From Candidatus Limnocylindrales bacterium (GTDB lineage Bacteria > Chloroflexota > Limnocylindria > Limnocylindrales > CSP1-4): 64,000 bases of DNA. Below are positions 8,832 to 17,035 of this stretch, one piece after another; position 1 is the first letter of the stretch; each line of letters begins with the position of its first letter. The notes under the pieces were generated by a model. It was not told the origin of the DNA. It searched no databases and saw only the letters and a list, made by a program, of their open reading frames with translations. The translations under genes and the position numbers were made by a program. The stretch is taken from assembly GCA_038239115.1 (NCBI GenBank), contig JBBSFD010000003.1, positions 24,402 through 88,401 on the forward strand, written 5' to 3'.

Positions 8832-10631
8832 TTGGCGGAGATCGGAAGCGTTCTAGGTGGCCGGTATCGGCTGGTCGAGCTGCTCGGACAGGGCGGAATG
8901 GCCACGATCTATCGGGCCACGGACGCCCAGCTCGGACGCGATGTCGCCGTCAAGATCCTCCGGCCGGAGTACGGCCGCGACCCCGATTTCGTGGCTCGCT
9001 TCCGGGCCGAGGCCCAGGCCGTCGCCTCGCTGAGCGACCCCAACATCGTCCAGGTCCATGACTTCGGGATGGATCCGGTCGGCCCGTACATCGTCATGGA
9101 GTACGTCGACGGCGAGGACCTGGCGACCCTGATCAAGCGGACCGGTCCGCTCCAACCGCGCCAGGCGGCCCGGATCGTGGCCGAGGCGGCCAGCGCCCTG
9201 GCCGCGGCCCACGCCCGCGGGATCATCCATCGCGACGTGAAGCCGGGCAACATCCTGCTCGCCCATGACGGCCGGGTCGAGGTCACCGACTTCGGCATCG
9301 CCCGGGCGATCAGCGAGGCCCAGATGACCCTGCCTGGGACGACCCTCGGCTCGGTTCACTACTTCTCGCCCGAGCAGGCCCGCGGCGAGCCGGCCACCGA
9401 GCGCTCCGACATCTATTCGCTGGGCATCGTCCTGTTCGAGCTGCTCACCGGTCGCCGCCCCTTCGAGGGCGATTCGGCCGCGGCGATCGCCATGGCCCGC
9501 CTGAGCGGTCCGGTGCCCATGCCGTCGTCGCTCCAGGCGGGCATCCCGCCCGAGCTCGAGGCCATCGATCGGAAGGCGCTCGCCCTGAATCCGGGCGATC
9601 GCTTCGCCAGTGCCGGGGCTATGGCCGACACGCTCGAGGCATGGCTGGCCGGCCGCTCCACCGCGGCTACGTCCTCCGGCCTGGGTGCCGCCGGGCTCGC
9701 CGCCGGAGCGGGTCTGGCCGCCGGCGCGGCGATCGCGTCCGGCGCCGGCGGTGCCGCGGGCTCTGCAGCCGGCTCTGCTGCGCCGGCCAGCGGCCTGGCC
9801 GCGGGCACCGTGGCGGCTGGCGTGGCTCGCTCCAATCCGGGCACCGGTGGGCCCTATCCAGCCGATGCCTATGCCAGCTCGGTGCCCCCTTCCCGGGTCC
9901 CGCCGGGACCGCCGGTCAGCCGCTATGACTCGGTCGATGACGAGCCCGGCCCAGGCGGGACGAGCCCCTGGGCGTGGATCGCCGGCCTGCTCGGCCTGGC
10001 GATCCTGGTCGTGGCCGGATTCCTGATCTTCAAGCTGCTGACCGGCACGAACACCCCGGCCAACCAGGTCATCGTGCCCAACTTCGTCGGGTCACTCCTG
10101 ACCGATGCCCAGACCACCGCCACCAACAATCACCTGACGCTCGTGCCCACCCAGTTCGTCAAGAGCAACGATCAGCCGGACGGCACGATCGTTTCCCAGG
10201 ACCCGCCGGCCGCGACCTCGGTCGACTCGGGTTCCACGATCAATGTCACCGTGTCGACCGGCAAGGCGCTCGTGGCCATCCCGGCAATCACCGGGCTGAC
10301 CGAGGCCGACGGGATCCAGGCATTGGTTACCGCGCAACTGACGCCGGGCACCCGGACCTCGGCGCCGGATCCCTTGATCCCGCTGGGTTCGATCATCTCG
10401 ACCTCGCCCGCGGCCGGGATCCAGGTGCCAACCCTGACCTCGATCGACTATGTCGTCTCGACCGGCCCGGCCGCCTCGCCGACGCCGATCCCGACGCCCA
10501 GTCCCACTCCGACACCGACCCCGACGCCGACACCCACGCCGACTCCGACCCCAACACCCACGCCGACGCCGACGCCCAAGCCGACACCCACCCCAACTCC
10601 GACGCCCGAGCCGACCCCGACACCTACCTGA
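8832..10631 (+). CDS. Ser/Thr protein kinase with extracellular PASTA domains and a C-terminal (TP)n tail (PknB-like)
   Basis: Gly-loop LGQGGMATIYRA, catalytic HRDVKPGNILL, DFG. TM segment WAWIAGLLGLAILVVAGFLIF. Three PASTA-like units. Likely TTG start at 8832 preceded by AAGGGAG at 8821-8827 (the ATG at 8763 would add an unsupported 23-aa leader). Confidence 0.9.
   Translation: MAEIGSVLGGRYRLVELLGQGGMATIYRATDAQLGRDVAVKILRPEYGRDPDFVARFRAEAQAVASLSDPNIVQVHDFGMDPVGPYIVMEYVDGEDLATLIKRTGPLQPRQAARIVAEAASALAAAHARGIIHRDVKPGNILLAHDGRVEVTDFGIARAISEAQMTLPGTTLGSVHYFSPEQARGEPATERSDIYSLGIVLFELLTGRRPFEGDSAAAIAMARLSGPVPMPSSLQAGIPPELEAIDRKALALNPGDRFASAGAMADTLEAWLAGRSTAATSSGLGAAGLAAGAGLAAGAAIASGAGGAAGSAAGSAAPASGLAAGTVAAGVARSNPGTGGPYPADAYASSVPPSRVPPGPPVSRYDSVDDEPGPGGTSPWAWIAGLLGLAILVVAGFLIFKLLTGTNTPANQVIVPNFVGSLLTDAQTTATNNHLTLVPTQFVKSNDQPDGTIVSQDPPAATSVDSGSTINVTVSTGKALVAIPAITGLTEADGIQALVTAQLTPGTRTSAPDPLIPLGSIISTSPAAGIQVPTLTSIDYVVSTGPAASPTPIPTPSPTPTPTPTPTPTPTPTPTPTPTPTPKPTPTPTPTPEPTPTPT
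10479..10626 (+). repeat. Tandem 6-bp (ccgacN) coding repeat giving a PTPTPT... low-complexity tail in the kinase
   Basis: Directly visible: about 24 consecutive Pro-Thr/Lys/Glu dipeptide codons. Confidence 0.9.
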
Positions 10632-10638
10632 CGGTAGG
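10623..10638. terminator. Short hairpin (CCTACC-tgac-GGTAGG) at the convergent junction of the kinase and zinc-ribbon genes; the loop contains the kinase stop codon.
   Basis: 6-bp perfect inverted repeat seen in sequence. No U-tract, so terminator function is uncertain. Confidence 0.3.
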
Positions 10639-10640
10639 CC

Positions 10641-10949
10641 TCAGCTTTCGGCGTCGCGCCAGAAGCGGCCGGGGTCCTGGTCGGATCCGGCCAGGTTGTC
10701 CAGCCCGATCAGCTCGGGTGCGGCCCGACGCGAATCCTGGAGTCCGACGACCGGCACCCAGCACGGCCGGATCTCCTGGCCGTCGAGGGCGGCTCGGCCG
10801 CGGTCGCGGGAGCAGTAGCCCACGCCGGCGGTGACCGAACGGCGGAAGTTGCGGCACGAGGCGCAGCTGCTGGTGGACCGGTGGCAGACCCAGCACCGGG
10901 CCGCTTCGGCCTGGGGGGTCCCACAGTGCGGGCATCGCCACATCGGCAT
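10641..10949 (-). CDS. Zinc-ribbon domain protein, hypothetical (CxxC x3)
   Basis: MPMWRCPHCGTPQAEAARCWVCHRSTSSCASCRNF has three CxxC pairs. Very high GC3. Start codon uncertain (track ORF begins at GTG 10985). Confidence 0.5.
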   Translation of the reverse strand: MPMWRCPHCGTPQAEAARCWVCHRSTSSCASCRNFRRSVTAGVGYCSRDRGRAALDGQEIRPCWVPVVGLQDSRRAAPELIGLDNLAGSDQDPGRFWRDAES

Positions 10950-11051
10950 GGGCCGATGGTAGCTGGCCCGATCGCAGCCGTCCACCCGGCCGAGCGTGGC
11001 GAGGGCGTCCTTGCCTCTGACACGGAACAGGTGGTCGATTTCCGACCGAGG

Positions 11052-12239
11052 TTAGTTGAAGGTCAGCGGCAGCTGGGCGTTGACCTGGCCATAGCTGGTG
11101 GTCTCGACCAGGGCGGCGATCTCGCCCTTGCCGGCGACGGTCTTGGGAATCGTGGTCTTCCAGCTCACCCGGCCGCTGCTGTCGGTGGTCAGGGTCTTGG
11201 TGATCACCGGTGAGCTGCCCGGCACCGACAGGCTGAAGGTCACCGTCGCCCCGGCCAGGGCTGAGCCGTTCGGATCGAGGATCAGCATCGACATCGTGAT
11301 CGGGTTGCTCTTGGCTGCGCTGAAGTGGTAGGACGAGGCGCTCAGCTTGACCGTCAGCTGGCCGGTGCCGCGCTTGATCGAGATCACCGCCGAGGCCGTG
11401 TTGCCGGCCGGATCGGTGGCCGTCACGTTGATCCCGTTGACCCCCCCGGCGATCGGCACGATCACGCTGAAGGCGCCGGTATTGTCCGCCGTGGCCACCG
11501 CGGTCTGGGTGTTGGCCTCGTTGCGGGCCGAGATCGAGCTGCCGGCCTGGGTCTGTCCGGTGATTGTGACCGTTGCCCCGTTGATCACTGCATTCTTGGT
11601 CGGCGACGAGATCGTGATCTTCGGCTTGGACTGGTCGAGGATGTAGGTGACCAGGGTCGACGGCGGACTCTCGGCACCGTCGAAGACGAGGGTGGCGCTG
11701 AAGGCATTGCTACCGGTCATCAGGGCTACCGCCGGCACGATGAACGTCGGACTGTCGCCGATCGGTACCTCGGCCACCCGGGTGTTCGGCCCGGTGCCTG
11801 CCTTGCGGTAGACCCGCACGGAGTAGCCTGCCTGGCCCACGATCGAGTTGGGCACGGTCCCGGTCAGGTCCAGGGTGGGCTGGTTGGTGTACGGCTGGTT
11901 TGGGATCGTCAGCAACGGCGCCGGCGGCAGGACCGTGTCGGTGGCGCTCGGGGCTGCCGTCTGGCTCAGCTTGCCGACCACGCCCGAGACGGCCTGTCCG
12001 AAGCCACCGAAGATCGAGCCGATCACGCCCGGGGCGTTGAGCAGGATCACCCCGCCCAGGACGACTACCGCCGCGGCCAGGGCTGCCTTGGCCACGAGCG
12101 GCAGCGAGCCCGACGAGGAGCTGGTCCGGCGGCTGCCTGGCCGGGCGGGTTGGGAAGGCCGAGGCCGGGCCGGCTGGAGGCGGCCGGTGCTGGGTGGCCG
12201 GGGCCGCACCTGGGACGTTCGTCCGCGCCGGGTCGTCAT
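11052..12239 (-). CDS. Membrane-anchored protein with tandem Ig-like (Big-type) beta-sandwich domains
   Basis: N-terminal Arg/Pro-rich cytoplasmic region then TM (LVAKAALAAAVVVLGGVILL). Extracellular part is rich in T/S/V/G with repeated xTVTxTD-type strands (INVTATDPAGNTASAVISI, ATVTITGQTQAG, ATVTFSLSVPGSS). ATG at 12239 (MTTRRGRTSQV). Confidence 0.7.
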   Translation of the reverse strand: MTTRRGRTSQVRPRPPSTGRLQPARPRPSQPARPGSRRTSSSSGSLPLVAKAALAAAVVVLGGVILLNAPGVIGSIFGGFGQAVSGVVGKLSQTAAPSATDTVLPPAPLLTIPNQPYTNQPTLDLTGTVPNSIVGQAGYSVRVYRKAGTGPNTRVAEVPIGDSPTFIVPAVALMTGSNAFSATLVFDGAESPPSTLVTYILDQSKPKITISSPTKNAVINGATVTITGQTQAGSSISARNEANTQTAVATADNTGAFSVIVPIAGGVNGINVTATDPAGNTASAVISIKRGTGQLTVKLSASSYHFSAAKSNPITMSMLILDPNGSALAGATVTFSLSVPGSSPVITKTLTTDSSGRVSWKTTIPKTVAGKGEIAALVETTSYGQVNAQLPLTFN

Positions 12240-12489
12240 CGTCGGCCATTGTGGCAGATCGACCGGGGCGGACCGGCCGGCGACATCCGGCGATGGTCCG
12301 GGGCTGGGCCGTTGTACTCTGGCGTGGTGCGCGCACGTCTTGTGCTCTGCGCCGAAATCGAGGGTGAGGGTGCAGGCTCGAGGTCCCAAACAGCCCCGCG
12401 CGACCGGACGCCCGGCCTTTGGTATGCCCCCGATCGCCAGGGTCGCACCGACCGCTCCGCCGGAACCGCCCGGTTACGCCCTGCCCCAG

Positions 12490-12744
12490 ATGAATCGGTC
12501 CGGTTTCGGGCTGCCCAACCTGCGCCGCAATGTCTGCCCCCACTTCTACATGACCGGCGTGCGTGGGGCGATCCCCATCCAGGCACCCCACCTGCTCAAG
12601 GCGCTGATCCGCCAGGACCAGAACGTGTCGCGCTGCCAGCTCCGCGGCGGCGTCCACCTGGAGCAGGGCTACATCAACGACGTGTGCCTGACCCCGCGCT
12701 TCAACCAGTGCGTCTTCTACGAGGACGAGCTGTCCCGCGAGTGA
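12490..12744 (+). CDS. Hypothetical small Cys/His-containing protein (84 aa) immediately upstream of folC
   Basis: MNRSGFGLPNLRRNVCPHFYMTGVRG...CQLRGG...CLTPRFNQCVFYEDELSRE. Excellent GC3 and codon usage and normal composition, whereas the in-frame upstream segment uses poor codons. Stop 1 nt before the folC GTG. Confidence 0.5.
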   Translation: MNRSGFGLPNLRRNVCPHFYMTGVRGAIPIQAPHLLKALIRQDQNVSRCQLRGGVHLEQGYINDVCLTPRFNQCVFYEDELSRE

Positions 12745-12745
12745 C

Positions 12746-14110
12746 GTGGCCGGCCTGACCTACGAGGCCGCCCTGGCGGCGCTGCAGGCCCGGGGCCGGT
12801 TCGGGATCCGCCTGGGACTGCGTCGGACACGGGCGCTCCTGCGCGAGATGGACGATCCCCAGGCGACGTTCCGCGGAGCGCTGATCGCCGGAACCAACGG
12901 CAAGGGCAGCGTGCTGGCGCTGGTCAGCAGCGTCCTGCGGGCCGCCGGGCTGCGGGCCGGAGAGACGCCCAAGCCCCACCTCGTGACCTATCGCGAACGG
13001 CTCCAGATCGCCGGCCGGCTGGTCGACCCGCAGACCTTTGCCGCGCTCGTCGCGGGGGCGATCGCGGCGGCCGACCGGGTCGCCCGGCGCCACGGCGAGC
13101 CGACCGAGTTCGAGCTCCTGACGGCCGTTGCCTTTCGCTGGTTCGCCGACGAGCAGGTGGACCTGGCCGTGGTCGAAGTCGGCCTGGGCGGCCGGCTCGA
13201 TGCCACCCATGCCTGGGATGGCGGGGTGGCGGCGATCACCAACGTCGACCTCGACCACATGGATCGGCTCGGCTCGACGGTGCGGGCGATCGCCCATGAG
13301 AAGGCCGCGATCATCATGCGCGGCGACCTGGCCGTGACCGGTGCTGACGGTGATGGCCTGGCCGTCATTCGGCGGCGTGCGGCCCGGGTCGGCGCACCTC
13401 TCCGGATCGCCCCACCGGCCTCGGTGACCGGGCTCGACCGGGACGGGATCCGGGTCCAGCTGACGGGCCTGGGCGAGACCCGGGTCGGGCTGCGCGGCCG
13501 GCACCAGGCCGCCAACGTGGCCGTGGCCGAAGCGGTCCTCGATGCCCTGGCCGAGGCCGGCATCGCCCGGGTCCGTCCGGCTGACCGCCGGCGGGGCTAC
13601 GCCGAAGCGCGCTGGGCGGGCCGGCTCGAGCTGATCCAGGCCGAAGGCCACGAGCTGCTGCTCGACGGCGCCCACAACCCGGCCGGCGCCGCCGTCCTGG
13701 CCCAGGCCCTCGACGACTACCGGCCGTTCCTGGCCGGTGGCGACCAACCGGGCCGGCCGCCGATCACGCTGCTCATCGGGGCCATGGCCGACAAGGACGT
13801 GGCCGGCGTCGTGCGCGCCCTGGCCACGGCCCGGGCGATGGCCGATGCCCGGATCATCTGCACCCAGATCGAGCAGCCAAGAGCCATGCCGGCCGAGGAC
13901 CTGGCCGGGCTGTGGGCGGGGTTCCGGACCGGACGGGCCCCGGGCGCGAGCATCGAGGTCGTCCGGCCGCCGGCCGCCGCGCGCGAGCTCGCCCTGGCCC
14001 GGGCGCCCGGACCGATCGTGGTGGCCGGCTCGCTGTACCTGGTCGGCGAGATCCGGGCGCTACTCGTCGACGACCCGACCTTGAGCGACCTGTCAGGATC
14101 TCGTCCATGA
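12746..14110 (+). CDS. folC: Bifunctional folylpolyglutamate synthase / dihydrofolate synthase
   Basis: GTG start. GTNGKGSV P-loop, VDLAVVEVGLGGRLDAT and ITNVDLDHMDRLG are Mur-ligase/FolC motifs. Confidence 0.9.
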   Translation: MAGLTYEAALAALQARGRFGIRLGLRRTRALLREMDDPQATFRGALIAGTNGKGSVLALVSSVLRAAGLRAGETPKPHLVTYRERLQIAGRLVDPQTFAALVAGAIAAADRVARRHGEPTEFELLTAVAFRWFADEQVDLAVVEVGLGGRLDATHAWDGGVAAITNVDLDHMDRLGSTVRAIAHEKAAIIMRGDLAVTGADGDGLAVIRRRAARVGAPLRIAPPASVTGLDRDGIRVQLTGLGETRVGLRGRHQAANVAVAEAVLDALAEAGIARVRPADRRRGYAEARWAGRLELIQAEGHELLLDGAHNPAGAAVLAQALDDYRPFLAGGDQPGRPPITLLIGAMADKDVAGVVRALATARAMADARIICTQIEQPRAMPAEDLAGLWAGFRTGRAPGASIEVVRPPAAARELALARAPGPIVVAGSLYLVGEIRALLVDDPTLSDLSGSRP

Positions 14111-15090
14111 GCGAGCGCCGCCTCGATCCGGAGCGCGGGGCCGTGGCCGGCCAGGGCGGCGCCGGCCTGGCCACGCCCTCGTTCGAGGATCCGACCGGCT
14201 CGGCCAGCGGCCTGGCAGCCGGCCCGGACGGGCATCCGGCGCCCACCCGGATCGGCTCGCGGACGTTTGCCTGGGGCGAGCGCACGTTCGTGGTCGGGAT
14301 CCTGAATGTCACGCCCGATTCCTTCTCGGGCGACGGACTCGCCGGGATCGACCCGGAGGGGACCGGCCGCGACCCGGCGTCTCGGGCCGTCGCGCAGGCC
14401 CGGGCGATGGTCAACGAGGGCGCCGACCTGCTCGACATCGGTGGCGAATCCACCCGGCCGGGCCATGCCATCGTGGAGGCTGATGAGGAGATCGGACGGG
14501 TCGTGCCCGTGCTGCGGGCCGTACGCGCGGCCCTGCCCGACGTCCCCTTGAGCATCGATACGACCAAGTCCGAGGTGGCCGAGGCCGCCCTCGATGCCGG
14601 CGCGGACCTGCTCAACGACGTCTGGGGCGTGGCCCCTGATACGAGCCTGGCCCGCCTGGCGGCCGAGCGGAGCGTGCCCCTGATCCTGATGCACAACCGG
14701 GCCGAGGCGCGTTATACCAACCTGATGGCCGAGGTCGTGGCGGACCTGTGGCGGGCGATCGAACGGGCGCTGGCGGCCGGCTGCGCCCTGGACTCGCTGA
14801 TCGTTGATCCGGGCTTCGGCTTCGGCAAGGCCGTCCACCACAACCTGGAGCTGATCCGGCGCCTGCCCGAGCTGCGGGTGCTGGGCCGGCCGATCATGCT
14901 TGGCGCGTCGCGCAAGTCGACCCTCGGCCGGGTCCTCGACCTGCCCGCCGAGCAGCGGCTCGAGGCGACCCTGGCCACGACTGCCCTGGCCGTGGCGGCC
15001 GGCGTCGACCTGGTCCGGGTCCACGATGTCCAAGCCAACGTCCGGGCCGCCCGGCTGACCGACGCGATCGTCCGCTCGAGCGTGCCATGA
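14107..15090 (+). CDS. folP: Dihydropteroate synthase
   Basis: ATG at 14107 overlaps the folC stop (ATGA). VVGILNVTPDSFSGDG, DIGGESTRPG and DPGFGFGK are DHPS motifs. Confidence 0.9.
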   Translation: MSERRLDPERGAVAGQGGAGLATPSFEDPTGSASGLAAGPDGHPAPTRIGSRTFAWGERTFVVGILNVTPDSFSGDGLAGIDPEGTGRDPASRAVAQARAMVNEGADLLDIGGESTRPGHAIVEADEEIGRVVPVLRAVRAALPDVPLSIDTTKSEVAEAALDAGADLLNDVWGVAPDTSLARLAAERSVPLILMHNRAEARYTNLMAEVVADLWRAIERALAAGCALDSLIVDPGFGFGKAVHHNLELIRRLPELRVLGRPIMLGASRKSTLGRVLDLPAEQRLEATLATTALAVAAGVDLVRVHDVQANVRAARLTDAIVRSSVP

Positions 15091-15097
15091 TGCGGCG

Positions 15098-15469
15098 ATG
15101 AGCGACCGGATCGTCCTCCACGACATGGTCTTCCAGGGCCGCCACGGCGTCTCGCCGGCCGAGCAGCTCAAGGACCAGCCCTTCCACGTCGACATCGAGA
15201 TGGTGCTTAACCTCCAGCCGGCGGCAGTCGAAGATGACCTGGCCCGGACGGTCGACTACGCGGCGGTGTTCGAGGTGGCGCGCACGGTCGTCGAGTCGAC
15301 CAGCTTCCGGCTGATCGAGGCGCTGGCCGAGGCGGTGGCCCAGGAGGTCCTGACCGCGTTCGCCCTGATCACCGAGGTGGGCGTCCGGATTCGCAAGCCG
15401 GAGGCGCCGATCGAAGGGACCCTGGCCTGGGCCGGCGTGGAGATTTGGCGGCACCGCTCGGGCCGTTGA
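15098..15469 (+). CDS. folB: Dihydroneopterin aldolase
   Basis: MSDRIVLHDMVFQGRHGVSPAEQ is a typical FolB N-terminus. 7 nt after folP. Confidence 0.9.
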   Translation: MSDRIVLHDMVFQGRHGVSPAEQLKDQPFHVDIEMVLNLQPAAVEDDLARTVDYAAVFEVARTVVESTSFRLIEALAEAVAQEVLTAFALITEVGVRIRKPEAPIEGTLAWAGVEIWRHRSGR

Positions 15470-15474
15470 ATCTG

Positions 15475-15511
15475 GAGACCCCGGGTGCCGCAGGTGGGCC
15501 ACCGGGGTCTC
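15475..15511. terminator. Strong hairpin (10-bp stem GAGACCCCGG / CCGGGGTCTC, about 17-nt loop) between convergent folB and htrA; likely bidirectional terminator
   Basis: Perfect 10-bp GC-rich inverted repeat seen directly, in a 60-bp convergent intergenic gap. Confidence 0.5.
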
Positions 15512-15529
15512 GCGACGAAGTCGACCCGA

Positions 15530-16957
15530 TCAGGGGTTCGTTGGCCGGGTTCCCAGGGTCAGCTGGAGCTCGAGCGTCTTGCCCGCCCGATTGATGGCCA
15601 GGGTGACCGTGCGCCCCGGCGCGAACTGGGTCAGGACCGCATCGAGCGGATGCTCGCCATCGATGGCAATCCCCTCGATCGCGGTCACGATGTCGTTGTC
15701 CTGGACGCCCGCCTTGGCGGCCGGGCTTCCGGCCACCACGCCGGGCTGAGGCGTGTTGTTGGCGTCCTGCCCGCCGTTGACCAGGGCACCCTGGGCGACC
15801 GACAGGTTGAGCTGCTGCTGGAGCTGCAGATCGATCGTCTCGTAGCGGATGCCGATCCACGGCCGGGCCAGCGCCTGGCCGGCGACCGCCTGCTGCATGA
15901 TCGGCTTGGCGATGTCGATCGGGATCGAGAAGCCGATCCCCTGGGCGTTCGTCGCCACGGCCGTGTTGATCCCGATCACGTCGCCCAAGGCGTCGACCAG
16001 CGGGCCGCCGCTGTTGCCCGGGTTGATCGCGGCGTCGGTCTGGATCAAGTTGTTGATCGTGCCGGTATCAGTGTCGATGCTCCGGCCGGTGGCCGACACG
16101 ATCCCGGCGGTGACGCTGTTGGAATACGTTCCCAGCGGGCTGCCGATCGCGATCGCCAGCTCGCCCACCTTGATCGAGCCGGAGTCGCCCAGGGGCGCGG
16201 TCGGCAGGCCCGTGGCGTCGACCTTGACCACCGCCAGGTCGGTCAGGGTGTCGATCCCGTAGATCGTGCCCTTGAACTGGCGGCCATCCTTGAGCTGGAC
16301 GGTCAGGCTGCTCGTATCGGCCACGACATGGTGGTTGGTCAGGATCCAGCCATTCGCGTCGAAGATCACGCCCGAGCCGATGCCCGAGGTGGCGGTCTGG
16401 TCGTTCGGGTCGGTGCCCGCGGTGACGATCCGGACCACGGCCGGGCCGACCTTGGCGGCCGCGCTGATCGTGGCCGACTGCTCATCAACGGTGACCGGCT
16501 GGGTCACGTTCGTGCCGGTGCTCGCGCCGACACTCACCGCGGGTGCGGGTCGATCGAGGGCACCCGAGGCGCGGATCGCGGCGTACGTCCCACCGGAGGC
16601 GAGGACGGCTGCCAGGACGGCAGTCGCGATGATCGCGCCGATCCCGGCGCCACGGCGACGGGCCGCGGGCTGCGGGTTGACCGGCGCGACCGGAGCCTCG
16701 AACCAGGCCTCGGGCGTGGTGGCCGGCGGAGCACCCCAGGTCTGGCGCTGCCATTGGGTCGGCGCGTCAGGGGACGGCGTGTAGCTGACCGGGGCGGCCG
16801 GTTCGGCGGCAACCGGCGCGTCTGCCGGTACGCCGGCCGCAGGCAGGTCAGTCGGCCGGGCCGAATCGGCAGGCTGCGGGGTGCTGTCGCTTGCTGGCTG
16901 GGTCGGGTCAGACCGCCAGGCGTCGGGATGCGGATTGAGCGGGTCGTTCGGGTTCAT
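15530..16957 (-). CDS. HtrA/DegP-family trypsin-like serine protease with PDZ domain (PepD-like)
   Basis: ATG 16957 (MNPNDPL). Pro-rich N-terminus, TM (IGAIIATAVLAAVLA), catalytic triad context TNHHVV / DLAVVKV / GNSGGPL, and a C-terminal PDZ domain. Confidence 0.9.
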   Translation of the reverse strand: MNPNDPLNPHPDAWRSDPTQPASDSTPQPADSARPTDLPAAGVPADAPVAAEPAAPVSYTPSPDAPTQWQRQTWGAPPATTPEAWFEAPVAPVNPQPAARRRGAGIGAIIATAVLAAVLASGGTYAAIRASGALDRPAPAVSVGASTGTNVTQPVTVDEQSATISAAAKVGPAVVRIVTAGTDPNDQTATSGIGSGVIFDANGWILTNHHVVADTSSLTVQLKDGRQFKGTIYGIDTLTDLAVVKVDATGLPTAPLGDSGSIKVGELAIAIGSPLGTYSNSVTAGIVSATGRSIDTDTGTINNLIQTDAAINPGNSGGPLVDALGDVIGINTAVATNAQGIGFSIPIDIAKPIMQQAVAGQALARPWIGIRYETIDLQLQQQLNLSVAQGALVNGGQDANNTPQPGVVAGSPAAKAGVQDNDIVTAIEGIAIDGEHPLDAVLTQFAPGRTVTLAINRAGKTLELQLTLGTRPTNP

Positions 16958-17035
16958 GCGCGGATCGTGCTCCTGGAATGGCGAGCAGGTTCGCCTGCCG
17001 GAGAAGGTCACCCGGCTGACGCCGAGCGCTCCATC

